Both the position numbers and the translations under genes were made by a program. A stretch of 64,000 nucleotides of DNA from the NCBI GenBank assembly GCA_045615645.1, contig JAZLFF010000082.1, positions 45,588-109,587 on the forward strand, written 5' to 3'. Under the pieces are notes generated by a model. The model saw only the letters and a program-made list of their open reading frames with translations, had not been told where the DNA came from and did not search any database. Of this stretch, positions 1 through 10,323 are shown piece by piece (the stretch's first letter is position 1; the number at the start of each line of letters is the position of its first letter). Source of the DNA: Treponema sp. Lineage in GTDB: Bacteria; Spirochaetota; Spirochaetia; Treponematales; Treponemataceae.

Positions 1-176
1 GCCTAGACTTAATCTATACAAGCAAAAATATTACGGAAATTGCAATTGAAAACGGTTTTAATACAGTTCAATATTTTTCAAAGATTTTTAAAACTTACAT
101 GAACTGTACACCAAAAAAGTACCAAAAAGAAGGACGAAACATTATTATTCCGTCCTCCATGGCAACAGTTATGTAA
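1..176 (+). CDS. AraC-family transcriptional regulator, C-terminal fragment (5' end outside window)
   Basis: Frame 3 reads LDLIYTSKNITEIAIENGFNTVQYFSKIFKTYMNCTPKKY, the AraC second HTH signature; stop TAA 174-176. Confidence 0.85.
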   Translation, partial: LDLIYTSKNITEIAIENGFNTVQYFSKIFKTYMNCTPKKYQKEGRNIIIPSSMATVM

Positions 177-184
177 GTTTTTTT

Positions 185-1642
185 CTATTCAAACTTAAAC
201 TTCTGCAATTGAACTGTACCACCACCGCGATAAGTCAAATACAAAGCACTAACCCCATTCGGAATTTTTACGTTACAAGACTGTTCTTCCCAGAAGTTTG
301 CAGATTCTCCTTTAAGCACTCCAACAACAGGCCCATCCCAAGCTGTACGAACTTCAAAAGAACCGTAACTATAACCACGCACCGTAAGTGTAAGTTTTTT
401 TACGTCCTTAAAATCAAAATATTTATAACCGATTGTAGCACCGTCAGAAATATCAGCAATGTAACCAAATTCCTGATCTCCATCGCGGCCATCCTGTACA
501 ACTTTCGGACATCCGCCCATTCCAACGTACGGCATTGGACGTTCCGCTTTAAAAAGATTACATGCAATATACGCTCTGTATTCCCCTTTACCTTCCAAAG
601 GACCACCGTTCAAACCACAAGAAGTAATTTCTACCTGAGGAATAGATCCGTCTGGTTTTATGCTGATTTTTTCCGCACACCCCTGACGACTGTACCAAGT
701 ATTGTTCGTATGGCGGTGATAAAAGATATAATATTCACCATTTATCAACTCAAATCCACCATGATTATTTGCTCCGTATGCAGCAGGCATGTCAGCAGGT
801 TTATACGAACTGATATGTAAATCACAATTGCTTACAATTACTCCGCCATAAACAAAATTTTCACGCGGATTTTTACTTGTAGCATAGCAAAGTTCGTGCA
901 TTACGGCAGACGAAAATACAAAATAATATGTATCGCCTACTTTTCGAATGGAAGGGGCTTCAAAAAATTCGTGTCCCTTATAAGCACTCCAATTCTCAAT
1001 ATTTTTTAATGGATATGGGCAACCGGTATTCACTTCATCAGCTGATTTTATACCACTGTATTCATCACCAGGAGCAATAACTACAGGTTCTTCTATAATT
1101 GTAAGCATATCTTCAGCAAGTGTTACAGCCATAGCACCAATTCTGTCTTTCATATGATTTCCACAGAATCCGGTATACAAATAAGTTTTTTTACCTTCTG
1201 TAATTACAGCAGGATCAAACTGAGGCATATCTCCTTTTTTGTCACCATAACGAGTTCCGTCTTCATATTTTACATAACCGTAAAATTCATACTTTCCTGC
1301 AGGACTGTCACAAACTGCAACAGAAACAAATCCGACCTTGTCAAAAACGTAATAAAGATAATAACGACCATCCGGACCTTGCGTAACGTCAGGTGCATAT
1401 AAAACCATTCTGCCATCCTGCACCGGATCCTGATCTTTTTTGTAAATTACACCTTCATAACGCCAGTCAGTTAAATCTGTAACAGGAGCTGAATAGCAGA
1501 CATAATCACCAACACAAAAAACGCAGCCATTATATTCATCATGTGAACCATAAACATAAACTCTGTCACCAAATACATGAGGTTCTCCGTCTGGTACATA
1601 TTCCCATGACGGCATATACGGATTAAAACACTGTTTTTTCAT
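185..1642 (-). CDS. GH43 beta-xylosidase/alpha-arabinofuranosidase with C-terminal CBM6-like domain
   Basis: PDGEPHVF, YAPDV, FDPAV, FFEAPS and NNHGG GH43 motifs; YKYFDF-type C-terminal module; no signal peptide. Confidence 0.9.
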   Translation of the reverse strand: MKKQCFNPYMPSWEYVPDGEPHVFGDRVYVYGSHDEYNGCVFCVGDYVCYSAPVTDLTDWRYEGVIYKKDQDPVQDGRMVLYAPDVTQGPDGRYYLYYVFDKVGFVSVAVCDSPAGKYEFYGYVKYEDGTRYGDKKGDMPQFDPAVITEGKKTYLYTGFCGNHMKDRIGAMAVTLAEDMLTIIEEPVVIAPGDEYSGIKSADEVNTGCPYPLKNIENWSAYKGHEFFEAPSIRKVGDTYYFVFSSAVMHELCYATSKNPRENFVYGGVIVSNCDLHISSYKPADMPAAYGANNHGGFELINGEYYIFYHRHTNNTWYSRQGCAEKISIKPDGSIPQVEITSCGLNGGPLEGKGEYRAYIACNLFKAERPMPYVGMGGCPKVVQDGRDGDQEFGYIADISDGATIGYKYFDFKDVKKLTLTVRGYSYGSFEVRTAWDGPVVGVLKGESANFWEEQSCNVKIPNGVSALYLTYRGGGTVQLQKFKFE

Positions 1643-2499
1643 TAAAAGATTTCTCCAATAAATTTTTCAAATCCAGGATTAATAATTGCTGCATTATGTC
1701 CAGCGCCAATTACTTCAAACCATGTATGTTCAACTTTATTTGTTTCAAATATTTTGTGATAACTTTTTGGGAACTGGCCAACAACATCATCAACTGTGCC
1801 ACAGCAGACCTGAAGGTATATAAGCGGATTTTTTCCTTCGAACGTCAAATCACTTTCCTTAAATTGACCAACATGTTCCATTTGATAATCTCTTGCTGGA
1901 ACAAGTCCTGGAGCTGGCGCAAACGCACCAATGTAGCCAAATAAATCAGAACGCTGCAAACCTATTGCCAGTGATTCTCTACCGCCCATAGAAAATCCGC
2001 AGACAGCAGTATTTTCTCTTCCTTCCATAATTGAAAAATGTGCTTTTACCCAAGGCATTAAGTCTTGTGTCAAATCGTAAACAAAGTTATCGTAACACTC
2101 TACAGCTTCAGGATTAAAACCTGGCTGCATGCTTGTACTTTTTCTTGCGAACATATCCGGAAAAACTACAATTATATCTTTACCTTCAGCAGCAGCTTTG
2201 GCAGTAAATTCTCTAACTTGAACTTCCGGGTCTCCTGAAATTGAGTATTCATTTCCAAAAATTCCGTGTAAAAAATAAATTACCTTATATTGCTTATTTT
2301 CATCGTAATCAAATGGAAGTAATACGTTTACACCACGGTCCATTCCGCAAAATTCCGATTTGTAAGTAAAATGACATACATTCCCTACTTCCAATTTCTG
2401 TTTTTTTTCTTCCATGTTTTGCTCCTTTTTTACATCAGCATTTGAAGCACATCCTGCAAAAACACAACATGCCAACACTGCAAGTACAATTTTTTTCAT
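1642..2499 (-). CDS. CE1-type carbohydrate esterase (acetyl xylan/feruloyl esterase-like), lipoprotein
   Basis: YFLHGI, GFSMGG nucleophile elbow, CGTVD and GAGH; lipobox FAGC. Confidence 0.85.
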   Translation of the reverse strand: MKKIVLAVLACCVFAGCASNADVKKEQNMEEKKQKLEVGNVCHFTYKSEFCGMDRGVNVLLPFDYDENKQYKVIYFLHGIFGNEYSISGDPEVQVREFTAKAAAEGKDIIVVFPDMFARKSTSMQPGFNPEAVECYDNFVYDLTQDLMPWVKAHFSIMEGRENTAVCGFSMGGRESLAIGLQRSDLFGYIGAFAPAPGLVPARDYQMEHVGQFKESDLTFEGKNPLIYLQVCCGTVDDVVGQFPKSYHKIFETNKVEHTWFEVIGAGHNAAIINPGFEKFIGEIF

Positions 2500-2604
2500 T
2501 ATAACTCCTTATTCGTAAATATTACTAAGCGTTTTCCCTTATTTTTTCTCTTTTTTAAAAGTTAACCGTTTTACTAAAATGTAATTTAACGTTATACTGA
2601 AAAT

Positions 2605-4077
2605 ATGAAAAAAACAAGATTTTTATTTGGGGGAATTTTCTTAATGTTAACAACAGCTTCTTATTCGGCAGAGCTTACAGAACTTCAAAAAAACGTTGCT
2701 TCTAAAGCATATAAACTTACAACCGAAAACAATCCTGCAATAGTCCATAAATTGAGTGCAGATCCTGCGGTTCTAGTTTATAACGATACTGTTTACATGT
2801 ACGCAACAAATGACGCACAGCAGGCTGAAATCACTTTGGGTAAAGAAGATAATGCCTACAACAGAATAAATACTTTGAATGTATTTTCTTCAAAAGACTT
2901 AGTAAACTGGACAGATTGCGGCGAAATAAAAGTTGCCGGTCGTGGACCTAACGGAGGAGCTGCAAAATGGGCAAATAACTCTTGGGCTCCTGCAATTTGT
3001 ACTGCAAAAGTTGATGATAAAGACAAATTCTTTCTTTATTTTGCAGACAGTGCAAACGGAATTGGCGTACTTACAGCTGATTCTCCACTTGGACCGTTTA
3101 CTGATCCTCTCGGACATGCGTTAATTTCTAGAAGCACACCAAATACTCAAGGAGTTTACTGGCTTTTTGACCCTGCAGTTTTAGTTGATGATGACGGAAC
3201 TGGTTACTTGTATTACGGCGGTGGTGTTCAAAATGATTCTGCTCATCCAAAATCTGGAAGATGTGTTCAGCTTGGAAAAGATTTTATTTCTATTATTGGA
3301 ACTCCAGTAGAAATTGACGCACCTTGGCTTTTTGAAGATTCTGGTATTAACAAAATTGGTGACACATATTATTACACTTATTGCGCTAACTGGAATGACC
3401 GTAAAGGCGCAAAAGGAGATGTTCCACCTACTGCAACAATTGCCTACATGACGTCAAAAAATCCGCTTGGACCATTTACTTACCAGGGCTATACATTAAA
3501 GAATCCTGGAGAATATTTTGGAAACTGGGGAAATAATCATCACTGGATTTTTAAATTCAACGGAAAACTATATATTGCTTACCATGCACAAACTGTAGAA
3601 AAACTTATTGGTTTTGAAAAAGGCGGTTACCGTTCACTTTATATTACGGAATTTGCAATTAATGCAGACGGAAGCTGGCCAATTCAAAATGCAAAAAAAG
3701 CTGGCGTTGAGCAGGTTGGACATTTTAATCCTTTCGAAACAATTCCTGCTGCAACAATGCATTCTTCAAAAAATGTTGCTGTAAGTAAAACGCAGAGTCT
3801 TGTGCCGGTTGCAGATAATGCTTATGTTTGTATTAAAGGTGTTGATTTGAAAAAAGCAAAAACACTTGTAATTAATGCGAACGGTGGTAAGGAAGGTGGG
3901 GTTCTTACGCTTAAAAGCGAACAGTTTGCCCATGGACCGGTTCTTGCAGAAATAAATATTAAGGAAGGGGAAAATCATATTGAAACTTCTTTAACATTTA
4001 ACGAAGATAATGCAATTTTTGATATTTTCTTTGTATTCAAAGGTAACTTTGAACTTGTAAATTGGCAGATGAAATAA
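2605..4077 (+). CDS. Secreted GH43 arabinoxylan arabinofuranohydrolase (XynD-like) with CBM6-like C-terminus
   Basis: Signal peptide; SADPAVLVY, SWAPA, WLFDPAVLVDDDG, FEDSGINKIG and GNNHH motifs. Confidence 0.88.
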   Translation: MKKTRFLFGGIFLMLTTASYSAELTELQKNVASKAYKLTTENNPAIVHKLSADPAVLVYNDTVYMYATNDAQQAEITLGKEDNAYNRINTLNVFSSKDLVNWTDCGEIKVAGRGPNGGAAKWANNSWAPAICTAKVDDKDKFFLYFADSANGIGVLTADSPLGPFTDPLGHALISRSTPNTQGVYWLFDPAVLVDDDGTGYLYYGGGVQNDSAHPKSGRCVQLGKDFISIIGTPVEIDAPWLFEDSGINKIGDTYYYTYCANWNDRKGAKGDVPPTATIAYMTSKNPLGPFTYQGYTLKNPGEYFGNWGNNHHWIFKFNGKLYIAYHAQTVEKLIGFEKGGYRSLYITEFAINADGSWPIQNAKKAGVEQVGHFNPFETIPAATMHSSKNVAVSKTQSLVPVADNAYVCIKGVDLKKAKTLVINANGGKEGGVLTLKSEQFAHGPVLAEINIKEGENHIETSLTFNEDNAIFDIFFVFKGNFELVNWQMK

Positions 4078-4103
4078 TTTTTCACTATTTCTCCGACTTT
4101 TTT

Positions 4104-4140
4104 AAGACCTTTTGTACGTTGTGCAAGGGGTCTTTTTTTT
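4104..4140 (+). terminator. Intrinsic terminator after GH43
   Basis: Stem aagaccttttgtac / gtgcaaggggtctt followed by a T run. Confidence 0.8.
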
Positions 4141-4155
4141 ATGCTTTAGGATTTT

Positions 4156-4183
4156 AGTCACACGGAAGGGGGTGTGGGAGGCT
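4156..4183 (+). repeat. Dispersed repeat family D, copy 1
   Basis: agtcacacggaagggggtgtgggaggct; near-identical inverted copy at 8569-8598. Confidence 0.7.
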
Positions 4184-4260
4184 GTGCTAACGCTAACGCC
4201 GCTTATTCCTTATCTAACAAAGTTAGCACATAACCTCCAGTGTCCACATCATCTAAAAAA

Positions 4261-4301
4261 ATCTGCGTGAATCCCTTACAATCTACGTCATTTGCGTTAA
4301 A
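4261..4301. repeat. Degenerate family B (ACGCAGAT-type) arm
   Basis: atctgcgtgaatcccttacaatctacgtcatttgcgttaaa aligns without gaps to the reverse complement of 44509-44549. Confidence 0.55.
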
Positions 4302-4350
4302 CCCAAAATGGACCACGTTTTCACCCCAAAAATAGACCACTTTTTCGCCC
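4302..4350. repeat. Short direct repeats AAAATGGACCAC / AAAATAGACCAC, possible IS21-like end remnant
   Basis: Two copies about 24 bp apart; no transposase nearby. Confidence 0.35.
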
Positions 4351-4431
4351 TCAAATAGGTAAATGTATCTGCAAGTTTTTCTAATAATTATTTTTCTTTT
4401 TCCGACAAAATAAGTAGAGGTTTGAAAAAAA

Positions 4432-4809
4432 ATGACTAGTTCAATTGGAAATTTGAATGCTTATTCTTACAGTTCTTCTTTCGCAAATGGTGGAATGGGA
4501 AAACTTTATGTTCCTGTTAGTAAAACTGCATTACTTTATTCAAACTTCGAACACGTTACAGGTATTACAGCTAAAGAAGGTCAGCAAGGAGTTTCAATTA
4601 CAAAAATCAGAATATTAAACTCTCTTATAGAAAGACTTTCCGCAATAAAAAATGAGCCTAAAGAATCTATCACAGACATAAGTGATGATCAGGCTCAAAC
4701 TTTAATTGAAAATTATCAAAAACAAATACAGGCTGCAGTAAAACAAACTCCTTACCTACTTTCAGGAGCTCAACCACAGCCTGGCGACTTATTTGCAATA
4801 GACGCTTAA
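4432..4809 (+). CDS. Hypothetical protein
   Basis: 125 aa ORF with an AGAGG RBS-like site upstream; no recognised motif. Confidence 0.65.
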   Translation: MTSSIGNLNAYSYSSSFANGGMGKLYVPVSKTALLYSNFEHVTGITAKEGQQGVSITKIRILNSLIERLSAIKNEPKESITDISDDQAQTLIENYQKQIQAAVKQTPYLLSGAQPQPGDLFAIDA

Positions 4810-6128
4810 CTCCACAAAAACCACAGCAATCCAGCCGCAGCAGCAGTAGTTATAATTGTAAACGGCGCTCCAATTTTTAAGAACCCTTTAAAAGTAATTG
4901 GATGTTCTTCTTTTTTTAAGATTCCCATTGCAACTACATTTGCTGAAGCTCCAAACGGAGTTAAGTTTCCTCCAAGACAAGAGCCAACTAAAAGTGCAAA
5001 CATAAACAATTCTTTTTGAATTCCCATATTTTGAGCAAGCCCGCCTGCAACCGGAAGCATAACAATAATGTAAGGAACATTATCTACAAATCCGGAAATT
5101 AATACTGAGAATACAAGAATCAATATAAATCCTGCAAGTTTATTTCCTTTTGTTATTACCCCAAGCCATTTTGCAAAATCAGACAAAATGCCAGTTTCGC
5201 TGATTGCTCCAACTACAATGAAAATTCCAATTAAAAATGCAATAGTTTCCCAATCAAGTCCTTTTACAAGCTCCCAAGCATCCTTTGTACTTTTCTTCTG
5301 ATTTTTTATGTACCAAAGCAAACCAATTAAACCAAGCGCAAAAACAAAGCAGCCAGAACCGTATCCCAATTCTGTACTTAAAAAGGAAATTCCGGCAAGA
5401 CCAAAAATCATTATAAGTAAAAGCCACAATGGAAAATATGAAATAACCGGTTCTTTTTCAACAATTGCTTTTTCACGTACTCGACCAAATATACAATAGA
5501 AGAAAATACATCCGGCAATCATTCCCATTTGAACAATAAAGAAGATTGATAAACGTCCTTGATGAACAAAGAAATCATTAAAATTGTAACCTGCATAACT
5601 AGCAAAAATCATACTAGGAGGATCACCAACTAGTGTTGCAGTTCCTTCCAAATTAGACATTACTGCAAGACCAATCATAAACGGAACAGGATCCAAATCC
5701 AGTTTTTTAGACAAAGCCAAAGCAATTGGTGCCATTACAAGAACTGTAGCAACATTTTCTACAAAAATCGAAATAATTCCAGTCATTGCAAGAATAAGTA
5801 CAACTGCAATTCCAGTATTTGGAGAATGTTCTACAATAACATCCGCAATTCGAGCAGGAACTTTTGAATAGATAAAAAGTGCAGCAATAACCATACTGCC
5901 GACATAAATCATCAAAATATTCCAGTTTATTAATTCAAAGAAAATATGATAAAAAAGCGCACCAGCAGAGTCTGTATTTTCAAAAACGCGACCTGCAAAC
6001 ACAAAACCAAGTACAACTGTAACAAGAGCCGCTACAGTCGTCATCAGAACTTTCTTGTCCTGAAAAAGTATAACCAGAAGGTACATAATCAGGGCAAGCG
6101 CAAGAATAATCCATTTAATTTCAAACAT
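4806..6128 (-). CDS. ArsB/NhaD/SLC13 (ion transporter superfamily) permease
   Basis: Multiple TM segments; ENVAT, GTATLVGDPP, VDNVP and LGGNLTPFGASAN motifs. Confidence 0.88.
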   Translation of the reverse strand: MFEIKWIILALALIMYLLVILFQDKKVLMTTVAALVTVVLGFVFAGRVFENTDSAGALFYHIFFELINWNILMIYVGSMVIAALFIYSKVPARIADVIVEHSPNTGIAVVLILAMTGIISIFVENVATVLVMAPIALALSKKLDLDPVPFMIGLAVMSNLEGTATLVGDPPSMIFASYAGYNFNDFFVHQGRLSIFFIVQMGMIAGCIFFYCIFGRVREKAIVEKEPVISYFPLWLLLIMIFGLAGISFLSTELGYGSGCFVFALGLIGLLWYIKNQKKSTKDAWELVKGLDWETIAFLIGIFIVVGAISETGILSDFAKWLGVITKGNKLAGFILILVFSVLISGFVDNVPYIIVMLPVAGGLAQNMGIQKELFMFALLVGSCLGGNLTPFGASANVVAMGILKKEEHPITFKGFLKIGAPFTIITTAAAAGLLWFLWS

Positions 6129-6149
6129 ATTAACAAGATAATATTTGAG

Positions 6150-8231
6150 TTATTTCAAGTCAAGGATAATTTCCGCAGTTTTTGTAGCACCAAGCTTTGC
6201 AGAAAGAAGAGACGGAGAACTGTCACCAATAGTAATTTTATACTTACCACTTTCAATTACACTGTCACCGTTTTCATTAATTGTCTCAAAAGCGTTCTTT
6301 GGAAGGATAAAATCAACTTGTGCTGACTCCCCTGCTTTAACAAACACTTTTTTAAAAGCTCGAAGTGAACAAATTGGCTCTGTATCCTTTCGGTTTTCTT
6401 TGGAAACATAAACCTGCACAACTTCAGCAGCATCAACAGAACCGGTATTAGTAACTTTTGTACTGATTTTACAATTATCTTTTTCAAAAGTTGCAGTTGC
6501 ATTATCAATCTGCCAGGTAGTATATGAAAGGCCAAATCCAAACGGATACAAAGGTTCTTTTTCGATATAACGATAAGTTCTGTTTTTCATGCTGTAATCT
6601 TCAAAATCTGGTAAATCAGCCGTAGAAGTTGGGAATGTAACTGGCAAATGTGCACTTGGAACTGCATCTCCAAAAATTACATCTGCAACAGCATTTCCAC
6701 CTTCTTCTCCAGGGTACCATGCAAACAAAACCGCATCGGCAATGTCGCGAGGGAAAGAAATTGCCGCACCGCCAGTTAATACAAGAACAACTGGAGTACC
6801 TCTGTCATGTACAGCCTGAAGATAATCCAACTGATGTTTTGGAAGTTCAATTGTATCGCGGTCACCTTTTAATGTTTCTACAGAGTCGCCTTCTTCACCT
6901 TCCATCATACAATCTAATCCAAAGCAGGCAATTACAACGTCCGCACTTTCAGCCATTCCGACAGTCCATCCGCGTTGTTTACTGTCATTGTACATACCAA
7001 CTCCTGGATGGAAATCTAGAGTAATTTCCGGTCGTTCTGCAACTTTTCCTGCAATACCTTCCAAAATTGTTACAAGTCGCGGATTTAATCCGTAATAATT
7101 TCCAAGTAAAGCGTTAATATTTGCAGCCGCAGGTCCCATTACAAGCACTTTGTGAATGCCACTTCCGGATTTTAACGGCAAAAGGTTATTTTTATTTTTA
7201 AGAAGAACAATGGAATCTTGAGCAACTTTACGTGCAAGAGAACGGTGTTCAGCAGAATCTACATCTTTTTTTCCAAGATTTGCCCATTTTGATTTTTCCC
7301 AACTGTCAAACATTCCAAGTTTAGCTTTGGTCATTAAAAGACGGAACAACGATTCGTTAATTTTTTCTTCGGAGAGTAAACCTTGACGAACTGCATCAAT
7401 TGCTGCATGGTATGTACAACCGCAGTTCAAATCACAAGTATTGTTTATTGCAAGAGCAGCTGATTCTGCCGGCGTATTTGTTACTTTGTGATTTTCGTGG
7501 AAATCTTTTACGGCCCAACAATCACTTACAACGTGGCCTTTAAATCCCCATTTTTTACGGAGGATATCAACTAAAAGGAATTTACTTCCGTTACAAGGTT
7601 CATCATATAAACGTTGGTAAGCTCCCATTACGGATTCTACTCCTTCATCTACAAGAGCTTTAAAAGCTGGGAGGTAAGTTTCCCACAAATCTTTTTTTGA
7701 AGGTTTTACATTTGCGGTATGACGAGTGGATTCTGGTCCTGAATGTACGGCAAAATGTTTTGCACAGGCAGCAAGTTTCAGATTTTCCGGATCATCACCT
7801 TGTAAACCATGAACGGCAGCAATTCCCATTTGTGAAGTTAAATGCGGATCTTCACCAAAAGTTTCTTGACCGCGTCCCCATCGTGGATCACGAAAAATGT
7901 TGATGTTTGGAGTCCAGAATGTAAGACCGCGGTACTGACTGTTGTCGTTTACCTTTTGAGCTTCGTTATACTTTGCACGAGCTTCATCCGAAATGGCAGT
8001 ATATTCTTTTTCTGCAAGCTCAGTATCAAAAGTTGCAGCAAGTCCAATTGTTTGTGGAAATACAGTTGCAGTTCCGTTTCTGGCAACTCCATGAAGACAT
8101 TCACTCCACCAGTTGTATTCTTTGATTCCAAGTCTTTCAACTGCATGGCTTTCGTGAAGCATAAGTCCAACTTTTTCTTCAAGTGTCATTTCGTTAATAA
8201 GTGCATTTATTTCGTTAATTCTGTCGTCCAT
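6150..8231 (-). CDS. GH3 beta-xylosidase/beta-glucosidase with Fn3-like C-terminus
   Basis: WWSECLHG, RDPRWGRGQETFGEDP, AKHFAVH, VVSDC nucleophile, YPFGFGLSY; start at 8231 preferred (AAGGA RBS), ORF track start 8264. Confidence 0.93.
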   Translation of the reverse strand: MDDRINEINALINEMTLEEKVGLMLHESHAVERLGIKEYNWWSECLHGVARNGTATVFPQTIGLAATFDTELAEKEYTAISDEARAKYNEAQKVNDNSQYRGLTFWTPNINIFRDPRWGRGQETFGEDPHLTSQMGIAAVHGLQGDDPENLKLAACAKHFAVHSGPESTRHTANVKPSKKDLWETYLPAFKALVDEGVESVMGAYQRLYDEPCNGSKFLLVDILRKKWGFKGHVVSDCWAVKDFHENHKVTNTPAESAALAINNTCDLNCGCTYHAAIDAVRQGLLSEEKINESLFRLLMTKAKLGMFDSWEKSKWANLGKKDVDSAEHRSLARKVAQDSIVLLKNKNNLLPLKSGSGIHKVLVMGPAAANINALLGNYYGLNPRLVTILEGIAGKVAERPEITLDFHPGVGMYNDSKQRGWTVGMAESADVVIACFGLDCMMEGEEGDSVETLKGDRDTIELPKHQLDYLQAVHDRGTPVVLVLTGGAAISFPRDIADAVLFAWYPGEEGGNAVADVIFGDAVPSAHLPVTFPTSTADLPDFEDYSMKNRTYRYIEKEPLYPFGFGLSYTTWQIDNATATFEKDNCKISTKVTNTGSVDAAEVVQVYVSKENRKDTEPICSLRAFKKVFVKAGESAQVDFILPKNAFETINENGDSVIESGKYKITIGDSSPSLLSAKLGATKTAEIILDLK

Positions 8232-8568
8232 TATTTTACCATCCTTTATTTTATAATATGGCATATTTGTACAGAAAACAATTTCAAAATCTCTGAAAAA
8301 ATTGTACGTTTTGAATGGTGAAAACGTAGACTATTTTGGGTTTAACTTAGATTTCGCAGATTGGAAGTGGTTGCCACACAGACTCTTTTGTATGGGAGGT
8401 TTGCGCTACGCCACGCTTCTAACGAAGCTATGGGGAAGCTGTTTGAATTCCTTTTATTTATTTTTTTTATTATTTACAAAATAAAAACTTCATTAAAAAC
8501 TGTTGAATCCGTAGGATTCAGCAAATCCGTGTAGCAACATTTTCCTTCCCAAGCAACCAGCCTTAAAT

Positions 8569-8598
8569 AGCCTCCCACACGCTCCTTTCCGTGTGACT
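8569..8598 (-). repeat. Dispersed repeat family D, copy 2
   Basis: Reverse complement agtcacacggaaaggagcgtgtgggaggct. Confidence 0.7.
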
Positions 8599-8667
8599 TA
8601 CATTTCACTTTAAAGTAACCGCTATCTTGTTCATTTTCTTTTTGTTTTTTGTTACACTGTTTTCATT

Positions 8668-10323
8668 ATGATTAAAGAACTATCAGTTACCGTTCAAAGC
8701 AATGAAGAAAAGAATCAAAAATTAATTAATTCACTTATAATCAAAGAAATAAAAAAACAAATTCCTTCCCATGAATTACAAAAACTTAACAATTGGCAGA
8801 ATCAAATCACTTCTGTTTTTATAAAAAAATCTATTGATGCACGACATGGACAATTAAAAATCCATTTGCGATATAAAGTTTACATTGGAGAAAAACCGGA
8901 AGCTTCAGAAAATGGAGCACTTCCAAACTGGAAAAAAATCTCCAAAGACGCCCCATCAGCTATTATTATTGGCTCAGGCCCAGCAGGACTTTTTGGAGCA
9001 CTGAAGTTACTTGAAAAAGGAATAAAACCAATAATTATTGAACGCGGAGTAGAAACTTCCCAGCGCAGAAAAGATATTGCACTTATAAGCACACAAAACA
9101 ATGTAAACGAAAACTCAAATTATTGCTTTGGCGAAGGCGGAGCCGGCACTTTTTCTGATGGAAAATTATACACTCGCAGTAATAAACGTGGCGATATTAG
9201 TCAAATTTTACGGATTTTTGTACATTTTGGCGCAGATCCAAAAATTCTTACAGATGCACATCCTCACATTGGAACCGACAGACTTCCAAAAGTTATAAAC
9301 AATATGCGCGCTATGATTATAGAATATGGCGGAGAATTTCATTTTGGTGAAAAAGTAGTTGATTTGGTAATAAACGGCAACAATGCGGAAAAAGCGGGTG
9401 GAGTTTTATGCCGTGGTGTCGTAACTGAAAAAGTTGGGTCGGAAGAGCGGACGACGTACGAAGCCGGCGCAGTTTTGATGGCAACCGGTCATTCTGCTAC
9501 CGACATTTATACAATGCTCGCGAAAGTGGCGCCGGCTTGCCTCGAAGCAAAAACCTTCGCTGCTGGAGTTCGAGTAGAGCATCCTCGTATTCTTATAGAC
9601 GCAATTCAATACCACGGAAAACTCGACAACAATTTAGGCGCCGCTGAATACCGAGTAACAACACAGGTAAATGAACGCGGAGTTTATTCATTCTGCATGT
9701 GCCCCGGAGGATTTGTAGTTCCATCTGCTTCAGGCCCGGATGAAATAGTAGTAAACGGAATGTCAACCGCAGCAAGAAATTCTAAATGGTCAAATGCCGC
9801 TATTGTAGTAGAAATAAGACCAGAAGATATTCCTCAACAATTTCAACAGCAGGCAAATACTCTTGGATGCCCTCAACTGGCAGGACTTCTCTTCCGAACA
9901 GAAATGGAACAGTTAGCAAAGAAAAACGGAAATGGACAGGCAGCACCAGCTCAGCGACTTAAAGATTTTTTGGATAATAAAATTTCAAAGGATTTGCCTC
10001 CAAGCAGTTATACACCTGGTCTTGTTTCTTCAAACTTAAACAAGTGGATGCCAAAGCATATTACAGAAAGACTTCAGCAGGGTTTTAAAGATATTAATAA
10101 AAACATGAAAGGCTTTATATGTGATGATGCTCTTATGATTGCTATAGAAACTAGAACAAGTACACCAGTTCGTATTACACGAAATAAAGAAACTTTTGAA
10201 TGTACTGGAATTTTAAATCTATATCCTGCAGGTGAAGGAAGCGGATATTCCGGTGGAATTGTTTCAAGTGCAATGGACGGCGAAAACGCTTGTATTGCAA
10301 TGGCAAAAAAAATGGTCGTCTGA
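8668..10323 (+). CDS. Uncharacterised NAD(P)/FAD-dependent oxidoreductase
   Basis: IIGSGPAG, FGEGGAGTFSDGKL, HPHIGTD, SFCMCPGG, GEGSGYSGGI motifs. Confidence 0.88.
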   Translation: MIKELSVTVQSNEEKNQKLINSLIIKEIKKQIPSHELQKLNNWQNQITSVFIKKSIDARHGQLKIHLRYKVYIGEKPEASENGALPNWKKISKDAPSAIIIGSGPAGLFGALKLLEKGIKPIIIERGVETSQRRKDIALISTQNNVNENSNYCFGEGGAGTFSDGKLYTRSNKRGDISQILRIFVHFGADPKILTDAHPHIGTDRLPKVINNMRAMIIEYGGEFHFGEKVVDLVINGNNAEKAGGVLCRGVVTEKVGSEERTTYEAGAVLMATGHSATDIYTMLAKVAPACLEAKTFAAGVRVEHPRILIDAIQYHGKLDNNLGAAEYRVTTQVNERGVYSFCMCPGGFVVPSASGPDEIVVNGMSTAARNSKWSNAAIVVEIRPEDIPQQFQQQANTLGCPQLAGLLFRTEMEQLAKKNGNGQAAPAQRLKDFLDNKISKDLPPSSYTPGLVSSNLNKWMPKHITERLQQGFKDINKNMKGFICDDALMIAIETRTSTPVRITRNKETFECTGILNLYPAGEGSGYSGGIVSSAMDGENACIAMAKKMVV

